The position numbers and the translations under genes are program-made. A stretch of 64,000 nt of DNA from an uncultured Ignavibacteriaceae bacterium (GTDB lineage Bacteria > Bacteroidota > Ignavibacteria > UBA10030), in the NCBI GenBank assembly GCA_964534125.1, contig CAZHOJ010000004.1, positions 231,436-295,435 on the forward strand. Reading direction: 5' to 3'. Of this stretch, positions 41,860-53,854 are shown one piece after another. Under the pieces are notes generated by a model. It saw nothing but the letters and a program-made list of their open reading frames with translations. It had not been told where the DNA came from and did no database searches. Every line of letters begins with the position of its first letter. Within the stretch, counting starts at the first letter, position 1.

Positions 41860-42410
41860 CTGACGTTGAGGACCTTTTCGGGGTGGGCTTCGAGGAATTC
41901 TTTCCAGGAACTGCCTCGGGATGGCCGTCGGCGCCCGGAGCCCTGCGTGGCATGCAGGTGACAGAGGGCGACAGCGACAGCGTCCGTCGCATCCAGTTCC
42001 TTCGGGGTGGACCGCAGATGCAGCAGCTGCTTGACCATGTACTGTACACGCTGCTTCGAGGCGCCGCCGTTCCCAGTAACGGCCTGTTTCACTTCTCGGG
42101 GGGAGTATTCGGCGGTCGGGACCTCACGCAGCACTGCGGCAAGGATAGAGACGCCGCGAGCGTGCCCGATCTTCAAAGCACTCTGGGCATTCTTGCCGTA
42201 GAACGCCGTCTCGATCGCACATTCGTCCGGCCGATGAGTGTCGATGATGCCGGTCAGGCCGTCATAAATGGCGCGAAGTCGGAGCGGCATGCTGAGACCG
42301 GGCTTGTTCTTCACGGTCCCGCAGCCCAGCATCTCAAGGGATCGGTCGCCCGTTTCGATGACGCCCCATCCGGTGACGAGCGTACCAGGATCGATACCCA
42401 GGATGATCAT
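41856..42410 (-). CDS. ruvC: Crossover junction endodeoxyribonuclease RuvC
   Basis: MIILGIDPGTLVTGWGVI...AIETAFYGKN RNase-H-fold motifs; 4-nt overlap with ruvA. Confidence 0.93.
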   Translation of the reverse strand: MIILGIDPGTLVTGWGVIETGDRSLEMLGCGTVKNKPGLSMPLRLRAIYDGLTGIIDTHRPDECAIETAFYGKNAQSALKIGHARGVSILAAVLREVPTAEYSPREVKQAVTGNGGASKQRVQYMVKQLLHLRSTPKELDATDAVAVALCHLHATQGSGRRRPSRGSSWKEFLEAHPEKVLNVR

Positions 42411-42422
42411 AGCACTGCGGCC

Positions 42423-44201
42423 TCAGTTGACCGGGACTGCTTTTTCCTGATCCGGGACCTGGATGTCCCTGATCTTCAGCTGCGGGACCACCTCACCCCG
42501 GTATTCGTTCTCGTCGAGCGAGAATGCCAGGTCGACCCCTGTCATGCCCTGACGGATCCTCTCGAGCAGGTGGCCCAGATTGAACCCGATGGCGTCGATG
42601 ACGAAGGTCCCCTTTTTCACCTTGAACTTCAGATGGTTCTTGCCGACGATCCGCGGTGTACCGACGATCCCGACATCGCGGACAGCGAAGACTGGGCGCA
42701 TATTGTCCGGACCGAAAGGCGCGAACTGCTGCAGGATGCGGATGAACTTCGGGGTGATGTCGCTGAGCGAGATCTCTGCATCGATCCGCAGTTCGGGGAT
42801 GAGCAGCTCCCCCGTCAGGGCTTCCTGAGCGATCTTCGCGAACGCCTCGCGGAAGGCAGGGATATTGGACGGTTCGACCGTGAGGCCGGCTGCATACTTG
42901 TGCCCGCCGAACTGCACAAGATATTCTTCGCATTGCTTGAGGGCGTCGTGGATGTTGAAGCCGCTGACGCTCCGCGCTGAACCTTTCGCGACGCCGTCGA
43001 TGGTCGTGAGCATCACCGTCGGCCGGTAATACTGTTCGACCAGCCGTGAGGCAACGATACCGATGACGCCAGGGTGCCAGTCGTCCTTGTGAAGGACGAT
43101 CGCCGGCGTTTCGCTTGTCATCATCTCCTTGACGATTGCGTCGGCCTCTTCGAACGTCTCGCTGTCTATTTTGCGGCGTTCGATGTTCTCGTTCTCGAGC
43201 ACCCGCGCCAGGGAAAGCGCCTCCGAGTACGACTCCGCGGCGAGAAGGGCGACGGCGCGTTTTGCGTCACCCAGCCGTCCGACGGCATTGATACGGGGAG
43301 CGAGCACAAAGACGGACTGGCCGGAGTTGATGCGTCCGGGCGTGAGGCCTGCCGTATCGATAAGCGCCTGGAGGCCCGGAAGCGGCTGAGAGTTTATCCC
43401 TTCCAGTCCGAGACGGGCGACCACACGGTTCTCGCCGGTCAGGGGGACGATGTCAGCCGTCGTTGCCAGTGCGACATACTGCAGGTACGGAGCGAGCGGT
43501 TCCTCTCCGGTCTGGTCGAGTGTCTCGCGTATCTCTTCGACCGATGCAATGGCCTGGATGAGCTTGAACGCGACTCCGGCTCCGCAGAGGGGTTTGAACG
43601 GATAGGTGCATCCGGGCTGGAGGGGATCGAGCACCGCGACGGCGCGGGGGACCTCAGGACCGGGTTCATGATGGTCGCAGATGACGACGTCGATGCCGAG
43701 CGCGGCAGCGGCGTCCACCTGTGCAACGGATGTGATGCCGCAGTCGACCGTCACGATGAGCGTCGGACCCGACTGGCGCACGCTCTCGAGGCCGGCGTCG
43801 GAGAGGCCGTACCCTTCCCGCTGCCGGTCGGGGATGAAGTAGGTGACATCGCCGCCGATGCTCCGGAAGAACGTCCACAGCAATGTCGTGCCGTTCGTTC
43901 CGTCCACGTCGTAGTCCCCGTAGACGAGGATGCGCTCCTTGTTCCGGATAGCCTGCAGGACACGCTCGACAGCGCGGTCCATACCGAGCATCAAGAACGG
44001 ATCATGCAGATTGCTGATGTCGGGCCGGAAGAACGAGCGCGCTTTTTCGAACGTGTCGATGGAACGCCGGACGAGGATGTCGGCGAGGATCGGCGAGATC
44101 GAAAGCTCGTCGGCGAGAGCCCGCGCCTTCTCCTGTTGGTCGGACGTCATCGAACCGTTCTCCGATCCGACGGTCCAGCGATATGTGCGTGCTTTTGTCA
44201 T
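42423..44201 (-). CDS. recJ: Single-stranded-DNA-specific exonuclease RecJ
   Basis: DHH family motifs (VYGDYDVDGTNG, VVICDHH) and the DHHA1 region. Confidence 0.93.
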   Translation of the reverse strand: MTKARTYRWTVGSENGSMTSDQQEKARALADELSISPILADILVRRSIDTFEKARSFFRPDISNLHDPFLMLGMDRAVERVLQAIRNKERILVYGDYDVDGTNGTTLLWTFFRSIGGDVTYFIPDRQREGYGLSDAGLESVRQSGPTLIVTVDCGITSVAQVDAAAALGIDVVICDHHEPGPEVPRAVAVLDPLQPGCTYPFKPLCGAGVAFKLIQAIASVEEIRETLDQTGEEPLAPYLQYVALATTADIVPLTGENRVVARLGLEGINSQPLPGLQALIDTAGLTPGRINSGQSVFVLAPRINAVGRLGDAKRAVALLAAESYSEALSLARVLENENIERRKIDSETFEEADAIVKEMMTSETPAIVLHKDDWHPGVIGIVASRLVEQYYRPTVMLTTIDGVAKGSARSVSGFNIHDALKQCEEYLVQFGGHKYAAGLTVEPSNIPAFREAFAKIAQEALTGELLIPELRIDAEISLSDITPKFIRILQQFAPFGPDNMRPVFAVRDVGIVGTPRIVGKNHLKFKVKKGTFVIDAIGFNLGHLLERIRQGMTGVDLAFSLDENEYRGEVVPQLKIRDIQVPDQEKAVPVN

Positions 44202-44243
44202 ACTCGTTCTCCTCTCTCCATGTCCTCAACACTGAAATAGAAG

Positions 44244-44650
44244 GGGGCCGTCGATAAGCCGAATTCTGTCTTTTCCGCCCGAGGCGGAAGAGGCAGCCAT
44301 TTATCTGATGCGACCTACCCGGTCTGTCCCGAAAGTTGAGCGGGCAGCTCTCCTCTCCGCCGAAGCAGAGAAACAGACCTTACGCGGTCTTGCACCGGAT
44401 GGGGTTTTTCGTGCCGGAGTCATTGCTGGCTCCGCGGTGGTCTCTTACACCACCTTTTCACCCTTACCCCTTCGACTCAGCACGCTGAAGCATGCGTCGC
44501 TCGGGGGCGGTATGTTTTCTGTGACACTGTCCGTTTCACCGGGGTATGGCCCGATGAACCCACGCTTGACGCGTGGCATCCTGCCCTATGGTGTTCGGAC
44601 TTTCCTCCCTGCGATGCGGATGCATCACAGAGCGGCTGCCTGACGGCCCC
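44244..44650 (-). ncRNA. rnpB: RNase P RNA (bacterial type A)
   Basis: Minus-strand sequence contains GGGAGGAAAGTCCG...ATAGGGCAGG (P4 region), GGGTAAGGGTGAAAAGGTGGTGTAAGAGACCACC, and ACAGAATTCGGCTTATCGACGGCCCC at the 3' end. The P1 helix pairs GGGGCCGTC (5') with GACGGCCCC (3'). Confidence 0.9.
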
Positions 44651-44667
44651 ACACACTTGTCTTATGA

Positions 44668-45120
44668 TCATGTCCCCGGGAAGAGCGTTCCCCCAAGGAG
44701 GGTCGGGTCCTCCAGCGGAAGCTTGCTGTCGATCCCGAGATTTGCCAACTGGTCCGCTTCGCGGTTCTCTTCACGGGGGATGTGCCGCATTTCCAGCTTC
44801 AGGCCGCCCGCCCTGATTGCCGCGTGGACGCGCTCAGCCCATTGGCGCAGAACCTTGTCCTTGATCTTATAAGCACCCTGCATCTGCCGGACCATCAGTT
44901 CGCTGTCCGAGTGCAGGACGAGATGCGAGCACTTGTGGCGCCGTGCGAGCTCCACGCCCGCGAGCAAGGCCGCATATTCGGCACGGTTGTTCGTCGACAG
45001 ACCAAGATAACCGGAGATCCGTTCAAGCACAGTCCCCGCCGGGTCCTTCAGTATAACACCGATGCCGCTTTCCCCCGGATTTCCGCGGGACGCTCCGTCG
45101 GTAAATGCCTGAAGGGTCAC
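44668..45120 (-). CDS. rnhA: Ribonuclease HI
   Basis: FTDGASRGNPGESGIGV...TNNRAEYAALLAGVE...HSDSELMVRQMQG RNase H catalytic motifs. Confidence 0.92.
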   Translation of the reverse strand: MTLQAFTDGASRGNPGESGIGVILKDPAGTVLERISGYLGLSTNNRAEYAALLAGVELARRHKCSHLVLHSDSELMVRQMQGAYKIKDKVLRQWAERVHAAIRAGGLKLEMRHIPREENREADQLANLGIDSKLPLEDPTLLGGTLFPGT

Positions 45121-45848
45121 GCGTCGGGCCCGCCTGCCTCGACGATCTCATCGGACACGAGGAGCCGGCCGCACCGTTCACAGGTCATGAACATATCGTT
45201 CTTGCGCAGTTCCAGGACCTTTTGTGGCGGGACACGGTTGAAGCACCCTCCGCAGGCATTCCGGCGGACAGGGACGACGGCCCGACCGTCCTTCGCCTTG
45301 CGAATGCGCTCATACATGGTCAGGTCGGGCTTCTTCAGCCGGACGGCGATCTTCTCCCGCTCATGCCTCAGCTTGAGCTCCTCCTCTTCGTGCTCCTTGT
45401 TCACAGCGTCGAGCTCCTTCTGACGCTCTTCAAGCTCTTTTTCAAGCTCAGCGATGTCCGGAGCGAGCTTCTCGGCATCCTCTTTTGCAGTTCCCGCCTT
45501 GCCTTCAAGCACATCCATCTCCCGTGAGAGCGTTGTGATGCGCGTCTGGGCGACATCGATCTCCCGGGCCAGCATATCGTACTGCTTGTTGGTCTTGACC
45601 TCGAATTGCTGCGTCTTCCACTTCTCGATCTTTGTCTTGAGGTCGACGATATCGGAATCGATGGAGTCCCGTTTTGAGAGGGTCTGAAGGACCGCATTCC
45701 GGAGCGATTCCTCGCTGGCGCGTTTCTCATCCAGGTCCTGCGTGAGCCGGGCGACGATGCCGGGAAGGTCTCCCTTGAGCTCATGAAGCTCATCCAATTG
45801 GGTGTCGACACGTTGAAGGCTATACAGCAGTCGAAGACGGTTTTCCAC
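45117..45848 (-). CDS. C4-type zinc-ribbon domain protein (DUF164/zf-RING_7 family) with a coiled-coil
   Basis: Long coiled-coil followed by CGGCFNRVPPQ...CERCGRLL; canonical neighbour of Nif3. Confidence 0.8.
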   Translation of the reverse strand: MENRLRLLYSLQRVDTQLDELHELKGDLPGIVARLTQDLDEKRASEESLRNAVLQTLSKRDSIDSDIVDLKTKIEKWKTQQFEVKTNKQYDMLAREIDVAQTRITTLSREMDVLEGKAGTAKEDAEKLAPDIAELEKELEERQKELDAVNKEHEEEELKLRHEREKIAVRLKKPDLTMYERIRKAKDGRAVVPVRRNACGGCFNRVPPQKVLELRKNDMFMTCERCGRLLVSDEIVEAGGPDA

Positions 45849-45866
45849 TGTTCGTATGCTCCGTTG

Positions 45867-46970
45867 CTAGATGGTAAAAATTGGATTCGTATTCACGCGC
45901 GTGATATAGACATTCCCTGCTGCACGATGGTGCTTCATCGACTCCCGCACCCGTGCCGCGATGGCGGGGAGGACCAGATGCTCCGTTTCCCAGTGACCGG
46001 CGTCCACGATCGCGAATCGCGGCGATGATTCCTGATGTGCGTGGTACTTCACGTCGGCGGTCACGAACACATCCGCTCCTGCCGCCCGTGCACGCCCGAT
46101 CAGCTCAGCCCCGCTTCCGCCGCAGACAGCGACGGTCCTCACACGGCGGGGAGATCCCGAGACCCGGAGATGCCCGGCACCTGTCGCCTGCTTCACCCGC
46201 CGCAGGAATGACGTGAGTGCGAGCGGACGGGGAAGAGTGCCGAGAGCTCCGAGCCCGTATGTCGGGTCCGGATTCTCGACGGGGTACACATCATAGGCCA
46301 TCTCGTCGTAGGGATGTACCGACCGGACGGCGGCGACGGTCCGTTCAAGGATGGCGCGGGGGACAACGCTCTCGATCCTGACCTCCTCGGCGGTCTCCAG
46401 CTTGCCGGTGGTGCCGATCGCCGGGCGGGCTCCCTTGCCGGCCTTGAACGTGCCGATGCCGGGCGTATTGAACGAGCACGAACTGTACTGACCGATCACA
46501 CCGGCACCGCTGTCGCTCAATGCGCGATGCACGGTGTCCGTGTGACCGACAGGCACGAAGACGGCCAGTTTGACGAGCGCGCCTTCGAGGGGCGACAGGA
46601 ACCGCACATCTCTCAGTCCCAGCGCTCCTGCCAGCATCGTGTTGACGCCGCCGGTGGTGCTGTCGAGGTTCGTGTGGGCCGAGTACACGGCTATCCGGTG
46701 CTCGATGAGGCGGAGCGCGAGCGCTCCGATCCTGTCTGTTGCCGTGAGTCTCCGCGGCATCCGAAAGAAGAGCGGGTGATGACTGATGAGAAGGTCCGTC
46801 TTCTTCCTGATCGCCTCGCTGATCACGTCGTCCGTGATGTCGAGAGCGATACCGACGCGGCGCACAGGGCGCTGTGCATCCCCGAGCTGCAGCCCCACGT
46901 TGTCCCGTTCCCAGGCCGTCCACGGGGGGGCCCAGGTTTCCATCATTGAGATGATGTCAGCGATGGTCAT
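45867..46970 (-). CDS. Nif3-like dinuclear metal center protein (GTP cyclohydrolase 1 type 2 homolog)
   Basis: WERDNVGLQLGD, LLISHHPLFF, AVYSAHTNLDST and VDAGHWETEH motifs. Confidence 0.9.
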   Translation of the reverse strand: MTIADIISMMETWAPPWTAWERDNVGLQLGDAQRPVRRVGIALDITDDVISEAIRKKTDLLISHHPLFFRMPRRLTATDRIGALALRLIEHRIAVYSAHTNLDSTTGGVNTMLAGALGLRDVRFLSPLEGALVKLAVFVPVGHTDTVHRALSDSGAGVIGQYSSCSFNTPGIGTFKAGKGARPAIGTTGKLETAEEVRIESVVPRAILERTVAAVRSVHPYDEMAYDVYPVENPDPTYGLGALGTLPRPLALTSFLRRVKQATGAGHLRVSGSPRRVRTVAVCGGSGAELIGRARAAGADVFVTADVKYHAHQESSPRFAIVDAGHWETEHLVLPAIAARVRESMKHHRAAGNVYITRVNTNPIFTI

Positions 46971-46976
46971 ATGCGT

Positions 46977-47011
46977 AGAAAAGAACTGTCCCGCCGGAGA
47001 GGGCGGGACAG
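46977..47011 (-). terminator. Intrinsic terminator (minus-strand sense) downstream of the REC-HisKA gene, abutting the nif3 start
   Basis: CTGTCCCGCC-loop-GGCGGGACAG perfect 10-bp stem (46986-47011) followed on the minus strand by TTCTTTTCT (46985-46977). Confidence 0.55.
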
Positions 47012-47151
47012 GTGGTTTGATGCTTCAGATTTTCCGGGTGGAGCGTGTCAGTATTCTCGGGGGTATTGCTTTTGTAAGCCTGTGCATTCTGGTCCGTTTC
47101 GTGAATAACGATACGGAAATCCTTGCTCAGAATCAACGGCCGGGAGAGGGG

Positions 47152-47826
47152 TCACTCAGGGGGTGACATAAGGTGTGGGTCGATCCGCTCGAAATTCGTG
47201 TCCCGCAGCCGGATGATCTCGCGTTCCACTATCGAGAACGACTGCTCGAAGGTCTCGAGCAGCTCCTTGTCCCTGGTGTCCGGCATGATGCGTTTAAGGA
47301 GGTCAACGCTGATCTTGACGGAAGCGAGGGGATTGTTGAACTCATGGCAGACCGTGACGACAAGTTCCTTGACAGCCGCCGCCCTGCTCTCCGCCATCTT
47401 CAGTCGTTTGGCGATGCTCTGCATGCCCTTCCGTGTCTGGGCCCGTTCGACGACGTTCAGAAGGGACTTGCCGAAGCTCGTGTGTGAGAGCTCGTCCTTC
47501 ATCAGGAAATCCTCGACACCGATCTTCATCGCTTCGACAGCGAGGTCGAAATCCTTCTCCGCCGTAAGGAAGACGATGGGGATCCCGATGTTCCGGGAGT
47601 TAAGCTCGAGGCAGAACTCGAGCCCGGAGGACGATGGAAAGCGTGAATCCGTCACGATGATGTCATATGCCTTGGACCGATCGAGCTCGGACAGCGCTCC
47701 GACCACGCCCTCTTTCCACACGACCCGGAACACGGAATCCGGATGACTATCCAGGTACGATTCGACCGTCCGCGCGTGCTCGGGGTCACTATCGACCAAC
47801 AGGACCTGTATGTTCTTCGGTGTCAT
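47152..47826 (-). CDS. Response-regulator receiver domain fused to a HisKA (DHp) domain, with no HATPase_c domain; possible His-phosphotransferase
   Basis: REC core (IQVLLVDSDPEHA...DIIVTDSRFP...FLTAEKD) followed by the H-box VTVCHEFNNPLASVKISVDLL, then a stop. No ATPase motifs are encoded downstream. Confidence 0.7.
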   Translation of the reverse strand: MTPKNIQVLLVDSDPEHARTVESYLDSHPDSVFRVVWKEGVVGALSELDRSKAYDIIVTDSRFPSSSGLEFCLELNSRNIGIPIVFLTAEKDFDLAVEAMKIGVEDFLMKDELSHTSFGKSLLNVVERAQTRKGMQSIAKRLKMAESRAAAVKELVVTVCHEFNNPLASVKISVDLLKRIMPDTRDKELLETFEQSFSIVEREIIRLRDTNFERIDPHLMSPPE

Positions 47827-47887
47827 AGGAACTGCTCTGAACGGATGATACGCGGAGAAAAGGGAAGTTTCAATTGCCGGCGGCTCG

Positions 47888-47904
47888 GGGACACGCCGTT
47901 GCAT
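47888..47904 (+). promoter_or_regulatory. Weak sigma-54-like -24/-12 motif (gGGacacgccgTTGCAt)
   Basis: Correct GG-N10-GC spacing with a perfect TTGCA -12 element; poor -24 half; about 195 nt upstream of the REC gene. Confidence 0.2.
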
Positions 47905-47982
47905 TTGGGTCCGATTCTCTCTATGTTTTTTGGCGAGAAGTCATCTCACTAACCCTGGTGTCGTTGGGGAGTTAGCCGCAAA

Positions 47983-48040
47983 GAACCTGCATGACGTATA
48001 CCTGCCTGCTGAATACCTGCAGGCAGGCCTGCAGGCAGGT
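47983..48040 (+). repeat. Compound palindrome / tandem 12-mer (CCTGCAGGCAGG x2) with complementary CCTGCCTGC and GAACCTGC arms
   Basis: GAACCTGC(47983-47990)...ACCTGCCTGC(47999-48008)...CCTGCAGGCAGG(48016-48027) CCTGCAGGCAGG(48028-48039) TTC. The outer arm pairs with GCAGGTTC; the inner CCTGCCTGC is complementary to GCAGGCAGG. Confidence 0.5.
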
Positions 48041-48097
48041 TCTCTGTGGTAAAGTATTCTTTGAGATGGCTTCGAGGGAAACCGCTTCCCGAAGGAG

Positions 48098-48475
48098 ATG
48101 CCCATGCCCGCGAAGAACAGAATACTGGTCGCTGATGACGAGGAAGCCCTTCGCACCGTCCTGAGCTCAGAGCTGGAAGGAGAAGGGTACAACGTCAAGG
48201 GTGCGGCTGACGGACAGGAGGCCATCACCCTCCTCCAGAAGCACGAGTTCGACCTCATCCTGCTGGACATCAAAATGCCGAACGTCGACGGGTTCGAAGT
48301 TCTCAAGTTCGTGAAGGAGAATGCTCCGAAGACGAAAGTGGTCATGCTCACCGGTTTTGCCGATCTTAAGAACGCGATAGAATCGAAAAAACTCGGCGCG
48401 GAGGACTTCATCAGCAAGCCGTACGACCTTGTCGACCTCCTCACCACCGTCGAGCGCGTTCTCTCCACAGACTGA
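48098..48475 (+). CDS. Single-domain response regulator (CheY/Spo0F-like receiver)
   Basis: ILVADDEEALR...DLILLDIKMP...VVMLTG...K; AAGGAG RBS. Confidence 0.88.
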   Translation: MPMPAKNRILVADDEEALRTVLSSELEGEGYNVKGAADGQEAITLLQKHEFDLILLDIKMPNVDGFEVLKFVKENAPKTKVVMLTGFADLKNAIESKKLGAEDFISKPYDLVDLLTTVERVLSTD

Positions 48476-48496
48476 TCCACGCCCTCCCGGACCCCC

Positions 48497-49847
48497 GATG
48501 GCAGGTGCTCACAACATCCTCCTCGTCGACGACGAGGAAAGCGTTACCTTTCTGCTCCAGACCGAGTTCGAAGAGCATCCGGAGTTTGCGGTGGATACCG
48601 CACGCGACGGCATCGAGGCGATGAACCTCGTCCGGACACGCGTCTATGATGTTGCCATTCTGGACATCTCCATGCCGCGCGTGGATGGCCTCGAGGTCCT
48701 GCGATTCATCAAGGAGACCAGCCCGGCCACGCAGGTCATCATGCTTACCGCACGCGCAGATGTGCGGAATGCCATCGAATCGATGCGCTATGGCGCGTAC
48801 GACTTTCTCTCCAAACCCTACGAGTTCGCCGAGGTCCTCGCCGTCGTACGACGCGCGATCGAGCATCGGGGACTTCTCATCGATAAAGAGGTCAGTCAGA
48901 CGGGCCGGCCGGGGGAGCTCATCGGAACTGCCCCGACCTTTCTCAATGCCGTCTCCAAAGCGAAGCGCGTCGCCCAGAGCGAGGCGTATGTCCTGATCCT
49001 CGGCGAGAGCGGCACGGGCAAAGAGCTGTTCGCGCAGCTCATCCATCAGGAGAGCACGCGCAAGAACGAGCCCTTCATTGCCGTGAACTGTGCCGCAATG
49101 CCCGATCAGCTCCTGGAGAGCGAGCTCTTCGGGCATGAGAAAGGGGCGTTCACCTCTGCAGTCAAAACGAAGGAAGGACTTGTCGAGATCGCGAACGGAG
49201 GGACTCTCTTCCTCGACGAGGTGGGGGACATCAGCCCACTCGTGCAGCCGAAGCTCCTGCGTTTTCTGGAGACCGGAGAGTTCCGGCGGGTGGGGGGCAC
49301 ATCGACCAAGAAAGTGAATGTGCGGGTCATCTCCGCGACGAACAAGAACCTCGAACAGGAGGTCAAGGCCGGACGGTTCAGAGACGACCTGCTGTTCCGC
49401 CTTAATGTTGTGAGCTTGCCGCTTCCTCCGCTCCGTGAGCGGAAGGAGGATATTCCGGTGCTGGTTCAGCACTTCGCACAGCGACGATCCCGGACGAAGA
49501 CCTTCAGCCCGGCCACTATATCCCATCTGCAGGAATATGAATGGCCGGGAAACATCAGGGAGCTTGAACACGTGGTCGAAGGTGCGCTCGCACTGACGCA
49601 ACAGGAGGTCATCGAGATAGAAGACCTCTGGGTCAATGCCGCCCTGCAGTCCCGCAGGGAACGCTCCGCCACGGATGACCACCGGCCTGACGATGTGATC
49701 CTCTCGCTGGAGGAGGTCGAAAAACGGCACATCAAACGTGCATTGGCCGCCCACGACTGGAACAGGGCGAAAACCGCAAAAACTCTGGGGATAACGCCCA
49801 AGACCCTCTACCTCAAGATCAGGAAGTACGGTCTGCAGGAGGAATGA
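48497..49847 (+). CDS. Sigma-54-dependent transcriptional response regulator (NtrC/AtoC family: REC + AAA+ + Fis-HTH)
   Basis: ILLVDDEESV receiver; GESGTGKE Walker A; GHEKGAFTSA (GAFTGA motif); C-terminal HTH AKTAKTLGITPKTLYLKIRKYGL. Confidence 0.9.
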
Positions 49848-50130
49848 TTTTTTCAGACACGAGTGAAACTTCCTTCCCGTGCCCGGCGTAGAATAATTCG
49901 GGAAACGGAAGAAGATCATTCCCGAATCTCCTTCTTACCGGAGCCAGTTATCGGATACTTGTGGTGGGGTGTTCCGAGACACTGGCTCCTCCTTTTGTAC
50001 CCCCCGCCGTTCGGCCACATTCCTTGATTCTGCTCTGATTTGTCGGTACACTACGTGACTCGGAAGGCAAAAACCTCCTCAAAATCGGCCTTCCTTCCCA
50101 AATATCCGGACAATCCCCCCAAGCACGCAT

Positions 50131-52769
<2,639 letters not shown>

Positions 52770-52779
52770 TCACAGTACC

Positions 52780-53850
52780 ATGACCCCCACGCGGCTCGAA
52801 GCGCTACGGCACACCATGCGGTCGGGCCGGGTGGATGCAGTTCTCATCACCCACCTTCCTCACGTTCGCTATCTCACAGGATTCTCCGGCTCCAATGCGT
52901 GCTGCCTCGTGACGCAGACGTTGCACTGGTTTGCCACCGATCCACGCTACGCAACGCAGGTCGCAGATGAGGTCACCGGAGCACAGGTCATCGTCGTCAA
53001 GGGACCGCTCGCTTCCGCGTTGGTTCGGAAGGGGCGCCTCCGGGCAAGGGCCCGGATCGGGTATGCGTCGTTCCGGACGTCTGTCGGGTTGTATGGCCAG
53101 CTTCGGGCGCTCAGGCCGCAAGCTTCCTGGGTGCCTATGGACGCAACGCTCGACGAGCTCTTCTCCGTCAAGAATGAGGATGAGCTCGGGGCGATTCAGG
53201 CCGCAGCAGCGATCAGCGATGAGGTGTTTGGGGAGATCCTCGGGTGGATGCACCCTGGCATGCGCGAAGCGGATGTGGCCGCGGAGATCACCTACCGGCA
53301 GCGCAGGAAGGGAGCAGAAGGCGACGCCTTCGAGCCGATCGTCGCAAGCGGGGAGCGGGGAGCACTGCCGCATGCCCGGGCCTCTGCGAAGCGCATCCGG
53401 AAAGGGGATCTCGTCACCCTTGATTTCGGCTGCGTCATCAATGGCTACTGCAGCGATATCACGCGAACTGTCGCGGTGGGTCAGGTCTCACGTAAGTTGC
53501 GCTCTATGTACGAAGCTGTCCTTGCGGCGCAGCTCTCTGCCCTGGCTGCCGTGCAGCATGGCGTTCCCGGGCGCGCCGTGGATGCCGTCGCACGCCGGGT
53601 CCTTCGTGAACGCAAACTGGCTCAGTGGTTCCGGCATTCCCTCGGTCATGGCCTGGGTCTCGAGGTACATGAAATACCTCGGCTCGCTCCACGCAGTGCT
53701 GACACGCTCACGGAGGGACAGGTGGTGACCGTTGAGCCCGGAGTCTATGTGCCCGGCCTCGGCGGAGTACGGATCGAGGATGATGTTCGTGTCACCCGGA
53801 CCGGCATCGAGCTTCTGACCCATTCTCCCAAGGGACTCATCGTTCTATAG
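52780..53850 (+). CDS. M24-family Xaa-Pro aminopeptidase/dipeptidase
   Basis: Creatinase-like N-domain; HGLGHGLGLEVHE and VEPGVYVPGLGGVRIED metal-ligand motifs. Confidence 0.85.
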   Translation: MTPTRLEALRHTMRSGRVDAVLITHLPHVRYLTGFSGSNACCLVTQTLHWFATDPRYATQVADEVTGAQVIVVKGPLASALVRKGRLRARARIGYASFRTSVGLYGQLRALRPQASWVPMDATLDELFSVKNEDELGAIQAAAAISDEVFGEILGWMHPGMREADVAAEITYRQRRKGAEGDAFEPIVASGERGALPHARASAKRIRKGDLVTLDFGCVINGYCSDITRTVAVGQVSRKLRSMYEAVLAAQLSALAAVQHGVPGRAVDAVARRVLRERKLAQWFRHSLGHGLGLEVHEIPRLAPRSADTLTEGQVVTVEPGVYVPGLGGVRIEDDVRVTRTGIELLTHSPKGLIVL

Positions 53851-53854
53851 TATC

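Noticed and set aside
44308-44643. 111-aa plus-strand ORF
   Set aside because: Lies entirely within the RNase P RNA gene on the opposite strand.
49930-49960. Second sigma-54-like string cTGGCtCctccttTTGtA upstream of the glutaryl-CoA dehydrogenase gene
   Set aside because: -12 element out of register by 1 nt and GC replaced by GT; below a reasonable threshold.
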